A stretch of 64,000 bases of DNA, taken from contig NC_043018.1 of the NCBI RefSeq assembly GCF_006345805.1, positions 5,580,001-5,644,000 on the forward strand. Reading direction: 5' to 3'. Of this stretch, positions 1-15,600 are shown in pieces. The position numbers were made by a program, and so were the translations under genes. The notes beneath the pieces are model-generated. The model did no database searches. It was not told the DNA's origin and worked only from the letters and a program-made list of their open reading frames with translations. Each line of letters opens with the position of its first letter. The first letter of the stretch is position 1. The DNA comes from Octopus sinensis. Lineage: Eukaryota.

Positions 1-360
1 GCTCATGCTTTGCTCCCTCCACTGCCACTGTGAGCTCTATATCATCTGTATGATGTGGAAAATGTTCCATCAATATTGCCCATCTTTAAAATTCGTCCGA
101 GGCTTGGCCCCGTGCCCTCCATCCACTACAGAAATGTTTGTGTCGTATCACAACACTATGACAGAACTATTTCACCTCAATTGGCCCTGCTCTCTTCAAC
201 ATTGTGCCAAACACACATAAAAGAGGGAAGTGACTTCACGGCATTCAAACGATCCCTAGATGATTACCCCCAACAAATACCAGATAAACCACCCACACCC
301 AGATATGTCTCTGAAAACAATAACCCTCTGCTTGAATGGGCTTCGGTTCCCCAGAGCTGA
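1..360 (+). mobile_element. LINE 3' fragment (CR1/L2-group-like RT C-terminus)
   Basis: FKRSLDDYPQQIPDKPPTPRYVSENNNPLLEW resembles a decayed LINE C-terminus. Confidence 0.6.
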
Positions 361-852
361 CTGTGTATCTCTTCCAGGCGGTGCTATTAAATTAGACATG
401 GCCTGAGTCAACTTCGGCCGAAATTTATCTAAGTAATCTAATCTATGCTGTAACCTTTTAATCAAAGCATGACAACGCGGGTAGAGGCTGATATCTTAAC
501 ATTTCTGATGGTCTTAAGTATAAAAAGAATTATTAAAGATTTATATAGAACTACATTCAGAGTATGTCTATAAGCTATTGTGTTTAGACCTGGTTTCTAT
601 CCTCAAACTGTTCCGTTTTGTAGATGCAATTTTTTTCGTTTTTAATAAAGCACTTCGAGATTAGAAAAATCAAAAATCTGCAATAATCTCAGTCCCATGA
701 GTATCGGATAATGGATTTTCAACTGTGTAAAGAAACTGATTGTGGTGATCGTAGTTTTGATGGTGATTGTGGTGAAAGCAGATACAGTGTTGATGATGAC
801 GATGGCCGAGATAAGTATGGGAGGAGGTCATGTTTTTGTCGGCGTTTGTTTG

Positions 853-887
<35 letters not shown>

Positions 888-967
888 TTGATGATAACAG
901 TAGAGTCCAAGTTCATTTCAGTGAAAATAAAGGTTAAGTAAAAGAAAATCACAAAACACTTTCTTAC

Positions 968-4346
<3,379 letters not shown>

Positions 4347-5480
4347 CTCGATTGCAATATCTTGAGTTTTAGAAATAGAAATAGAAATAAATAAAAATGT
4401 TAGAACGTTATGAAAAAACAAGAAAAAGGAGAAGAAATACATGCAGCAGGTAGTGTTTGCTGAATCCAGTGAATCTTTAAGGATCCTTGCCTGCTTTGCT
4501 ATGCAAGGCTTATATTGCAGAGGGGGTAAGGATTCATAAAGACTTGCTGGACCCAAAATCTCTCTTAAACTCAAAACATGAGATCTATAGTACCTGCCCC
4601 ATTTCAAACGCTACCTGCTGCAGGCGTGGGATTCCCTGCTCATCAATTAGAGCTGGAAAAAGTTCATACAGACACACTTCTCTGTCTGTCTCCTCTTCCT
4701 TCTCCTTCTCCTGCTCCACCCCTCCTCTCTATTTATCTAAATACATATATGCACATTACATATATACATATATTGGGTTGGAATAAAAGTTCATATCGTT
4801 TTTTTAAAAGTAAAATTCAAAAACCAAATTTAGATATTTGAAATCAACAATGTAATTATGATAACTAATGAACTTGAGGAGTGATATGAAATAAGAGCTG
4901 ATACAAATCTCGCCCCAAGGGGCACGTGCTTAGGGTATCAAGGGAAGGAGGGGGTCTCCACAGAAATGGTAAATGGTTCACGGCACAAAAGAAATCACTT
5001 TAAACTTGCTAAAATAATATTCGGGATGCCTTTATCTCTACTAAGTATAGATGCAGATATGTTACCTAAGATTAATTTTGAGGATCTGATTCAAAGACTT
5101 TGCAATTCAAAAAATGTAGGAGGAAACTTTTCAAATATAAATAAAGTGGAAGTATACAAAAATAAACATTATTTTCACCTCTTACTGTTTTGTTTCGTTT
5201 TGAAAAACAAAAAAATTATTTTATGGTTTGTTATTGTTTATATTTTGAATTACATAATCTTTTATGGGGTCACCAAAATCTTTTAAGTGCTTAGGGCCTC
5301 GATGGGTCATTATCCGGCCTTGCATCAACCACGTTATTGCAAACTGCGAGAGAATGTCTTCCAGACATTATCTTCCCATGAGGTATGATGCGGGGCCCAG
5401 GACAGTCTCGAACAGGATAACAAAAAAGAAAACAGCGGAGGCAAAGAATACGTACACCACCCGTTTTCGGCGTAACAAAA

Positions 5481-5531
5481 ATCCTAATTCTAACTCTAAT
5501 CCTAACCCTAAACCCTAACCCTAACTCTAAA
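5481..5531. repeat. Short degenerate (CCCTAA)n telomere-like tract
   Basis: ATCCTA ATTCTA ACTCTA ATCCTA ACCCTA AACCCTA ACCCTA ACTCTA A. Confidence 0.75.
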
Positions 5532-5682
5532 CACCGGGTGCACGTATTTTTTACTTTCGCCAAGAAAACCCCTACAAACGAACTTGACTATACTGACACC
5601 GACTGAGCAAAAGAGAATTGGTGGAAGTTAAAAATTAAAACAGTTACCAAGTTTAAACACAGCGCCCGCCCGCACACACGCA

Positions 5683-5738
<56 letters not shown>

Positions 5739-5844
5739 AATACGACACTTTATTGTTTCTGCTATACAAATTACAGTCATTCATAGACACGAAAATCAAA
5801 CCTATATTTGCATTTCATTTTGTGAAAGGCAACGTAAAGAATTA

Positions 5845-6137
5845 GGTACTACTTAAGGAGAGTGGTCCCGGTGCGCGCATCCGCGCAAGCTAGTCATGAC
5901 TAGTCGATCCTACAATGACTACCTAGCAAAGTAAATAAAACAAAATAAATAAATTTTTTTACACAAAGTAAATTTTGTTAAACAAAGTAAATAAAACATA
6001 AAAACACGAAATAATTTTTTAAACAAAGTAAATAAAACACAAAAACACAAAGTAAGGATCGACTAGTCACGACTAGCTAGTGCGGATGCGCGAGTACGCG
6101 AGTGCGCGCACTGGGACCACTCTTCTTTAGTAGTACC
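5845..6137. mobile_element. MITE with ~65-bp TIRs (GG termini, 8-bp TSD; Merlin- or hAT-like)
   Basis: GGTACTAC...GTAGTACC termini; flanks AAGAATTA / AAGAATTG match at 7 of 8 positions. Confidence 0.75.
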
Positions 6138-6217
6138 AAGAATTGCGACACATTACTGTAAACAGAAATATAATATGAAGAAACTTTTTAATAAAGTCAT
6201 ACTTTTGAGTTAAAACA

Positions 6218-6251
<34 letters not shown>

Positions 6252-6877
6252 CACTTATTGCTTCTGCTATACAAATCACAGACATTCATAGACAATAACT
6301 TAAGGTTTACATAATTTGAAGTTCTTGTATTAACGTAAAATAATTATTATTACATTTTTTTATTGTGTAATTAAAAAATAAATTGGTTTAAAAGTTTTCT
6401 TACCAGAGTAAATTAGAAACGAACGAAGGGAAGTATCCAACCATTCGAAATATTATTTAAAAGTGGTAATCTCCACTTTGCTTAATCCCAGAATTTGGCC
6501 TTTTGACATAACGAGAAAATATATCTGTATATATGCGTATGTAACTTTTATTCTTTTTCAAAATTACGCAGCGGGTGTTTGTATATATGCATGTGTATAT
6601 CTTTGTGTGTATCTAATATCACATTTTGAGGGAGAATAATTGGGTCAGTGCCCTTTTTAATGAAGATGATTTTAAGATTCGGTCATTTTGTACCCCCTTT
6701 TTTAGGTCATGCATTTAAGCTAGTGAGCATTTATGTGGGTATATGTTGACGTGTCGCTCTGCACTGGTTTATTTCAATATTACGTCTGTATACATGCAGA
6801 TGTGTGTACAATGGCTTGTATTTATGAATGTGTGTGTGTGCGCGCGCGCATGTGTGTGTTTGTATAATATATATATA

Positions 6878-7067
6878 CCGGAGTAAACACATAAATGTGA
6901 AACAAGGTGGAAAAAAGAGTACTCAAATACCAGTGGTAGAGTAATATGCTTTATTTAAAGCAGCGGGAAATTCAACAAAACCTGTTGCTCGGAGTTTTGT
7001 CCGACGAACGGGAACGTGAAACTCCGAGTAACAGGTTTTGTTGAATTTTCCGCTGCTTTAAATAAAG
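6878..7067. mobile_element. Short fold-back element with a minimal hammerhead-like core
   Basis: 49-bp inverted arms at 6949-6997 and 7019-7067, flanked by (TA)n. Confidence 0.6.
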
Positions 7068-7081
7068 TATATATATATATA

Positions 7082-7232
7082 TAAGCAATAAAGGGTTTAG
7101 CAACGAATTGCCTTACCACATACCGAATTTAGAAATAGCAGTCAAAGAGTTATAGCTATCTATAACTCTTTGACTGCTATTTCTAAATCGGTATGTGGTA
7201 AGGCAATTCGTTGCTAAACCCTTTATTGCTTA
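7082..7232. repeat. Near-perfect palindrome (~74-bp arms, 4-nt loop)
   Basis: Arms 7082-7155 and 7160-7232 differ by one bulged base. A related copy with shorter arms is at ~31343-31528. Confidence 0.85.
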
Positions 7233-7332
7233 GTATTACTTAAATTTTCCTCGAATGAGGCTTTTACATGCCGAAGACTACTTGGTGTAATTGATAATTA
7301 TTCCAAATTAATTAATTTCACCCTTCATTATT

Positions 7333-7384
<52 letters not shown>

Positions 7385-7393
<9 letters not shown>

Positions 7394-8398
7394 TCTAGTT
7401 GTGTGAGTGTCTGTCCCCTTCGATTTAGATTCCTAACTCCTCCCACATTTTGCGGTGCAGTTTAACCAAATTCGGGTATCTTATAGTCGTGATTCATATC
7501 GAGCCCGTCTGACTATTAGCGCGCGTCAACGATGAGTCTACGATTTTAAAAATAATTTAACATAATTTTTTATTCCATTTTAATGCATAAAATGCATCGT
7601 ATGTCGATGGCGGCGGAGTTGGCGTCCACGCTCACAGCTGCACCTGTTTGCTTCTCCCCCTTCCCTCCCTCGTGAAGCTGTGGGGAAGGGAGTGTAAAGA
7701 AATCAACGTCGTAATGCGTTGTGAAGGAAACCAGCGTTCTTTTAGAACAACGACTTCATGGCTTGAAGACACCAAAACAAAAATGGCTAAGAAAGCCCGA
7801 ATTTATAAGGGACGTAACTCTCTAAAAATGCTTATATAGTTATTTCCCTTACAAACCCGAGCAACGCCGGGCGATACTGCTAGTATATATATAAAACTGT
7901 AGTTGTGTGAGTATCTGTCTCCTACGATTTAGATTCCTAACTCCTCCCACATTTTGCGGTGCAGTTTAACCAAATTCGGGTATCTTATAGTCGTGATTCA
8001 TATCGAGCCCGTCTGGCTATTAGCGCGCGTCTACGATGAGTCTACGATTTAAAAAATAATTTAACATCATTTTTTATTCCATTTTAATGCATAATTTTTC
8101 GTGTGTCGATGGCGGCGGAGTTGGCGTCCACGCTCAAACACCTGCACCTGTGTTTGCTTCTCCCCTTTCTTCCCTCCCTCGTGAAGCTGTGGGGAAGGGA
8201 GTTTAAGGAAATCAACGTCGTAATGCGTTGTCAAGGAGACCAGCGTTCTTTTAGAACAACGACTTCATGGCTTGAAGACGCCAAAACAGAAATGGCTAAG
8301 AAAGCTCGAATTGGCATCTATAAGGGAAGTAACTCTCTAAAAATGCTTATATAGTTATTTCCCTTACAAACTCGAGCAACGCCGGGCGATACTGCTAG
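7385..8398 (+). mobile_element. Two head-to-tail non-autonomous Helitron copies (~7385-7883, 7884-8398)
   Basis: Each copy ends in a CCCGAGCAACGCCGGG-like hairpin followed by CTAG|T. The internal sequences are near-identical. Confidence 0.8.
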
Positions 8399-8679
8399 TC
8401 TATATATATATCTGATATTCTTTTATTCTTTTATTCTTTTACTTGTTTCAGTCATTTTTGACTGCGGCCATGCTGGAGCACCGCCTTTAATCGAGCAACT
8501 CGACCCCGGGACTTATTCTTTTGTAAGCCCAGTACTTATTCTATCAATCTCTTTTGCCGAACAGCTAAGTAACGGGGACATAAACACACTAGCATCGGTT
8601 GTCAAGCAATGCTAGGGGGACAAACACAGACACACAGACAACACAACACACACACTCGCATACCCACAACATATATATA

Positions 8680-8737
<58 letters not shown>

Positions 8738-8902
8738 TACGACGGGCTTCTTTCAGTTTACGTCTACCAAATCCACTCACAAGGCTTTGGTCGGCCCAGG
8801 CTACAGTAGAAGACACTTGCCCAAGGTGCCACGCAGTGGGACTGAACCCAAATGAAGGAATTTTTTGTATACAGTGATCAGGTGCACTACAACTAAAAAA
8901 AA

Positions 8903-8939
<37 letters not shown>

Positions 8940-9142
8940 GATATATATATTCGATGGAAATAAAATATGGCAATACAGATGTATTTCTATCCAGTAAAAT
9001 AAAACATCGTAAAGGTAGAAGTATAAATATATGTTTGCTGCCCTCACACATCTTTGCCAGTATATAAACATTGAAGGTTTACTGTAGCGTCGGAAATGTA
9101 TTGGCTGCTATTTCCAGTAAACATTGGTGCTTTGTTGTACCA

Positions 9143-9210
<68 letters not shown>

Positions 9211-9469
9211 TATATATATATATATATACTGATAAGCTGATACTTTCTCTCTCTGTCTCATGGACGATGGAGTTTATTACACATGGCAATAATAAAAAGA
9301 ACGAAATACAAATACGAAATATATATATATATTTATATAAATAAGGATAAGATCGATATTTAAACACCGATCTTATCAGGTGGCCAGCATGGGAATAAAA
9401 ACCTTTCAAAGGTAATAATTATTTAAAATTATAGTTTATGGTATCAAGCGTGGTGTTATCTTTTAGATA

Positions 9470-9793
9470 CCCTAAATTCTTCTTCCCCTCCCCTTCTCCC
9501 CCCTCTTCTCCTCACTACACCACACGACTTTACACATCACATCATATAGATGTGCCATACTAATACATACACCAACTAATAAATACTAAGTACTAATACA
9601 TACTAATACATACTAATACATACACCAACCCTATACATACCACACGTCCAGACCCCTCATACGCACTTATACTCTCTCATACACACACACTTATACATAC
9701 TAATACGTACTAATACATACTAATACATACTAATACATACACCAACCCCATACATACGCACGTCCAGACCAATCCTACGCACTAATACTCTCT

Positions 9794-9827
<34 letters not shown>

Positions 9828-10197
9828 ATACACATACTAATACATACACCAACCCTATACATACACACGTCCAGACCCCTCCTACGCACTATTAGCTGGT
9901 CCTTCAACCCTATTATCACCCCTTTATCTCCCCTTATTTCGCTCTCGCGTCTCATGTTTGATCTTTGACCTCTGAAAATCAGATCGCCATGTTGATTCGT
10001 TAGCTACTGCACGCATTTTTTCTCTCTCTCCTCTTTCTGTGTTTTTCTCCTCTCTGTGTATCTTTCTGTTGAAGAGCGTAGGCTCGAAACGTTAAAGACT
10101 TGTTTTATTTATATTCCTGAGCGCCATACTAATACAATTGTTCGTTTGTTTTCCCCACCTGCCTTCGTCTTTTGTCTATTTTCATAAAGCTTCCCGT

Positions 10198-10262
<65 letters not shown>

Positions 10263-10520
10263 TATATAATATATATATATATATATAATATATATATAGC
10301 ATATAGTTAGAATTTACGAAAAAAAAACAAAAGATGAAAACGGGTGTGTAAGCAACAAACAGATGTATTAGTTTAACGCTCGGAAAGTAAGAAAGTCTTT
10401 TACGTTTCGAGCCTACGCTCTTCAACAGAAAGGGTCACAGAAATAAACAAAGAGAGAGAAAGAGAGAGAGAGAGAGAAAGGTTTAGTGGCTAGCGATCTA
10501 TCATGGCGACTTTGGACGAG
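9470..10520. mobile_element. Penelope-like tail (9470-10200, +) with inverted partial copy (10300-10520, -)
   Basis: Strong similarity to 37620-38030. The tail motif is at 10061-10098 (+) and 10397-10432 (-), separated by (TA)n. Another copy lies at 27760-27890 (-). Confidence 0.75.
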
Positions 10521-10695
10521 AGTTGATTTGTAAAAGCATGTGGTTGGATATATAAAATACAAAATAGAGTGAAAAAACTACAGAAGACTTGTTATATGGT
10601 AAAAGAATATATTTAAATCGTTATGTTAGAAAAATGTTATAAAATTTTGGGCATAGTAACTATATATATATATATTATATATATATATATATATA

Positions 10696-10735
<40 letters not shown>

Positions 10736-10887
10736 CAGTTCAGTAAAATTTAGATTCAGATGAATATGGTCAAAGGCACCAGAATTTTGTATGGTATTAT
10801 CGATATAAGTCAAATGGGTGATTATAATCAAAATAAGCAACAAGTATATCCGAGGTAGAGTAGAACAATTGTTTCATGCTACTTCAT

Positions 10888-10893
10888 TTTATT
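10888..10893 (-). promoter_or_regulatory. Candidate polyadenylation signal of aldolase B
   Basis: AATAAA on the minus strand, ~245 nt downstream of the stop codon. Usage is not shown by the sequence. Confidence 0.3.
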
Positions 10894-11019
10894 AAACACT
10901 GTAAGTATTACATCAGTTTTAAAATGTCGAGCAATCTTCAGCCACTTATAGAATTTTCCAGTCAAACGGACATATATATATATCTAGTCTTTAATTCTTT
11001 CAGTCAAACGGACATATAT

Positions 11020-11106
<87 letters not shown>

Positions 11107-11136
11107 GCTATAAAATATAACTACTCTTTAATTATT

Positions 11137-12354
11137 TCAGAAATGAATTTCATTAAAAACATAACAGACTTTCTTGATGGCATCATCTATGTCTTCTTCG
11201 TTTATATTACAGCAAATTGCAAACCGAATATCTTTACCTATAAGTTTGCAACCCACATGGATTTCCTTACCCAGTTCCTTCACTTCAGCTTCTGTGGTCT
11301 GTTTAAAAAAAAAAAAAACACAGAAATGAAGTAAATGAATAAAAAAACGAAAAAACAAAGAAGTATTCTATAAAATAAAACTTGCCAGAAATTTATATTA
11401 TAAGAACTTAGAAAACGTGTGAGATATGAAGATAGCAGATAAATCGATCAACAATTTTTTCTACTATAAGCACTTGGTCTGAAATTTTGAGAGAAGGGAC
11501 GTGTTGATTATATCGATTCCAGTCCCCAACTAGTACGTATTTTATCAACCCCTAAACAATGAACGGTAAACTTGATCTCGGCAGCATTTGAACTCGGAAC
11601 GTAAAGAGCCAAGAGAAATGTCCCCAAGCACTTTGTCCAGAATGCTAACGATTCTGCCAGCTTGCTACTGTGCTAAAGTTGTAAATAATAGCATGTAGAA
11701 TATTCAGTTAAAAAAACAAACTCTTGGATGGAAAAAAAAAGTTAGGCTCCCTCCTATATACGAATCCATACCTTCTGTCCAGAAAATATATTTATTTACA
11801 GGTTTACTATTAATTTCCGCTCATAGTTACCCCTCTTTACAAATATTTATATTTAAACCAGTAGCTTTACTTTCTGCAGAATGAAATGGATAAATAAATT
11901 AGGGATTCGCTTTCATACCGTCATTAAACGTTCTGTTAAGTTAGTGATGAAAGACATTTCTTTATCGATTTTAATAAAAACGAGATTAGTTTGGTCTTCC
12001 TCTGGTTCTATTGTCACCAATGAAGAAGAAAGATTTTTCAGACCTGAAACCAACAAAAATGAGAAACAATTCACGAATTAAAAACTTAAATAAAAAGATA
12101 ATTCTTAATTAAATAATTGAAATAATAAGAATAATTCACGAAATATATTAACTTATTAGCATGCAAATTACTCTATCAAATGTACTGCTTAATTATTCAC
12201 ATTTTTTAATTAATCAGGCGTTATCTCATAGCTTTGGGAGAAAAAAAAATGAAAGAAGACACATACACACAAATGTTACGTGAGCGTCAATATTCTAAAA
12301 ATAAGAGTTTAAAATTTAATTTCATAAATATTTATACAAGTGTGTGTGCTTGTG

Positions 12355-12404
<50 letters not shown>

Positions 12405-12601
12405 CTTTATTCACCATAAGGTTGAGAAAAAGAGGGGACAAAACAAACGTTGGGGTCAGGGTATCGAATGAGACGAAACGTATGAATAAACAAACAATTA
12501 AAATATATACAATTAAATGAGAATGAGTGAATAACAAAAAATGAAGCGGAGGACGCGGTCGACCCCACAAACCACATACTCACACTGAAGACTTTGCTTT
12601 C

Positions 12602-12637
<36 letters not shown>

Positions 12638-15600
12638 TAAGAGGGAGAGAGAGGTTGAGCGAACAAGAGAGAGATTGTTAAGATAAATATAATTTACGAT
12701 AAAATTTTAGTTTCACTTTCATCAAAATATCGACGAATTCAGAGTAAAACATCTCCTTACACTTCACCTCATTCAGTATCACTGATTGTAATTCACTCCC
12801 GCTCCCTTTGTTGCTTTAGCTTCCCTCCGCCAGTGTGACCATGTGAAGCATATTGCATTTTATTTTATGCAAGATAAGATTAGTTAAGAATTAAGAAAGC
12901 AGAATGAACTTTCAAAAGAAAATGACAAGCACAACAAAGTAGAGACGCTGCTACAAGAACGAAGTAGAAACGCTGTTGGATAATTTAGAAAGCTTCAAAA
13001 CGTTTCATTTGAGTATTATCTTTATATATAAAAGTGAGGTTGTGTGCTGTCTGTCACCTACGATTTAGATTCCTAACTACTCCCACATTTTGCGGTGCAG
13101 TTTAACCAAAAGCGGGTATCTTATAGTCGTGATTCATATCGAGCCCTTCTGGGTATTAGCGCGCATCTACGATGATCTCTACGATTAAAAAAAAAATTAC
13201 CATAAATTTTTCCCATTTTTAATGCTTTTTGGCATATATAAGGGAAGTAACTCTCTAAAATTTATTATTAAATCTCAGAACGTAAAAAGCTACAGTAACC
13301 CCCCCCCTTTGTGGTTAGCCATATTGAGATGGTATTATACTTTACATCTCTAAAAATGCTTATATAGTTATTTCCCTTACAAACCCGAGCAACGCCGGGC
13401 GATACTGCTAGTTAGATAAATACAAAAAATAAACAGAAGGACTCCAGCTCCTGTCGAGTGATTTAGAAAGTAAATCGTATAAAGTGGAACTAATTTATAG
13501 ATGGTTATGTTGTTATGTCATCTAATGTGACTCCGCTGAGAAGGCTGTGATGTTATTGTGGTAGGAACCCGGTAAAGAAATACATGGAGCAAAGGTGATA
13601 ACTTTAAATACGTTTATTGTGGTCACACGTATAGATAGATACACAAGCTGAATGGAAGTGGTTGATGGACTTTTGTTCATATATCTACATGCATCTGCGT
13701 GGGTTGTATGTTAGCTGTTAACCCTGGTGAGAAGCTCACGAACAGCGATATGTTAGAACCAGTGCAGTGTGTTGGTGCTGTGTAGATGCTTTTGACGACG
13801 TTGGTGAGAAACATCAGTGGTGGCGACGAAGATAGCGGTCGCTGCAATGTGGTCAGTGGGTAAACCTTAGAATGTCTGGAACCAACTGACGTCGAGCCTA
13901 GGAAGGGGCGAGCTTTTGTAGCTGATAGTAGGCTCAAATGCCTGTTTGAAGCAGACTATCTCACATGACTTATTTGAAGGCTGCGATTGGTTGGGTTGGA
14001 TATTGGGGCGTGATAGTGTAAGAGACAAATTGCGTCAATACCCACCAATCGGAGTGGGAGACACAACGGGGGTCCAAAACAGCGACCGAAGGTTAGCTGT
14101 TACCTGCTACGTTCGTATGTATGTAATAGAAGAGAGGAAGCTCACTAGAGTTCGCTATAAATTCAACTGCTTCAAACGCTGTTACTCACACACACAAAAA
14201 AAAGGTTATATACAAAGACATGTAGCATATTATATATATATATATATGTATACAAAATAAATATAAGAGAGTGGTCACTATATGGCTCACTCTAGCACCA
14301 GTTAATCCAAAAGGTTTCAACCACGAAAATACATGTTTCCCATGAAAGTCAGTACGATTGTTAGCTCACACGGACAGGGCAAATAAAAAATAACAAAAAT
14401 ACAGATTATTTTGGGACAATTGTTTCGCTATTAATGAATTAAATGTAATTTTACTTACAAAAAAAATCCATTGTAGCTCGTCAGCCAAACTATCTGGATG
14501 AAATCCACTCAATCACAGCCAGATTTTACCATAACGATAAATACGCGTGTGGTTCAATTGATTACATCCGACGTTATAATCAAATGCCCCAACTAACAGC
14601 GCGCCAAACTTTCACGGAAAAAAATACAGCATTTAGAAATAATGCAGCATAATTATAATTAATTAATAAGGGTGAGAGAATTAGATACTAATTTAATAGT
14701 ATATCTATTCAACACCAAGTGCCTAGTGCTCCGAGAAACCTGGATTATTATAATATTTTATAACATATTATAATATTTATACAAAATAAATATAAGAGAG
14801 TGGTCACTATATGGCTCACTCTAGCACCAGTTAATCCAAAAGGTTTCAACCACGAAAATACATGTTTCCCATGAAAGTCAGTACGATTGTTAGCTCACAC
14901 GGACAGGGCAAATAAAAAATAACAAAAATACAGATTATTTTGGGACAATTGTTTCGCTATTAATGAATTAAATGTAATTTTACTTACAAAAAAAATCCAT
15001 TTGTAGCTCGTCAGCCAAACTATCTGGATGAAATCCACTCAATCACACGCCAGATTTTACCATAACGATAAATACGCGTGTGGTTCAATTGATTACATCC
15101 GACGTTATAATTCAAATGCCCCAACTAACAGCGCGCCAAACTTTCACGGAAAACAAATACAGCATTTAGAATAAATGCAGCATAATTATAATTAATTAAT
15201 AAGGGTGAGAGAATTAGATACTAATTTAATAGTATATCTATTCAACACCAAGTGGCCTAGTGCTCCGAGAAACTGGATTATTATAAGTGACCACTCTCTT
15301 ATATTTATTTTGTATAAATATTATAATATGTTATAAAATATTATAATAATCCAGGTTTCTCGGAGCACTAGGCCACTTGGTGTTGAATAGATATACTATT
15401 AAATTAGTATCTAATTCTCTCACCCTTATTAATTAATTATAATTATGCTGCATTTATTTCTAAATGCTGTATTTGTTTTCCGTGAAAGTTTGGCGCGCTG
15501 TTAGTTGGGGCATTTGAATTATAACGTCGGATGTAATCAATTGAACCACACGCGTATTATCGTTATGGTAAAATCTGGCGTGTGTGATTGAGTGGATTTC

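Noticed and set aside
5481-5531. True telomere or chromosome fusion site
   Set aside because: Only ~50 bp, mostly degenerate and in a single orientation.
13546-14190. Possible solo LTR (TGTGA...TCACA) next to the ribozyme array
   Set aside because: No matching target-site duplication was found, and there is no PBS/PPT or second copy in the window. It was left unclassified.
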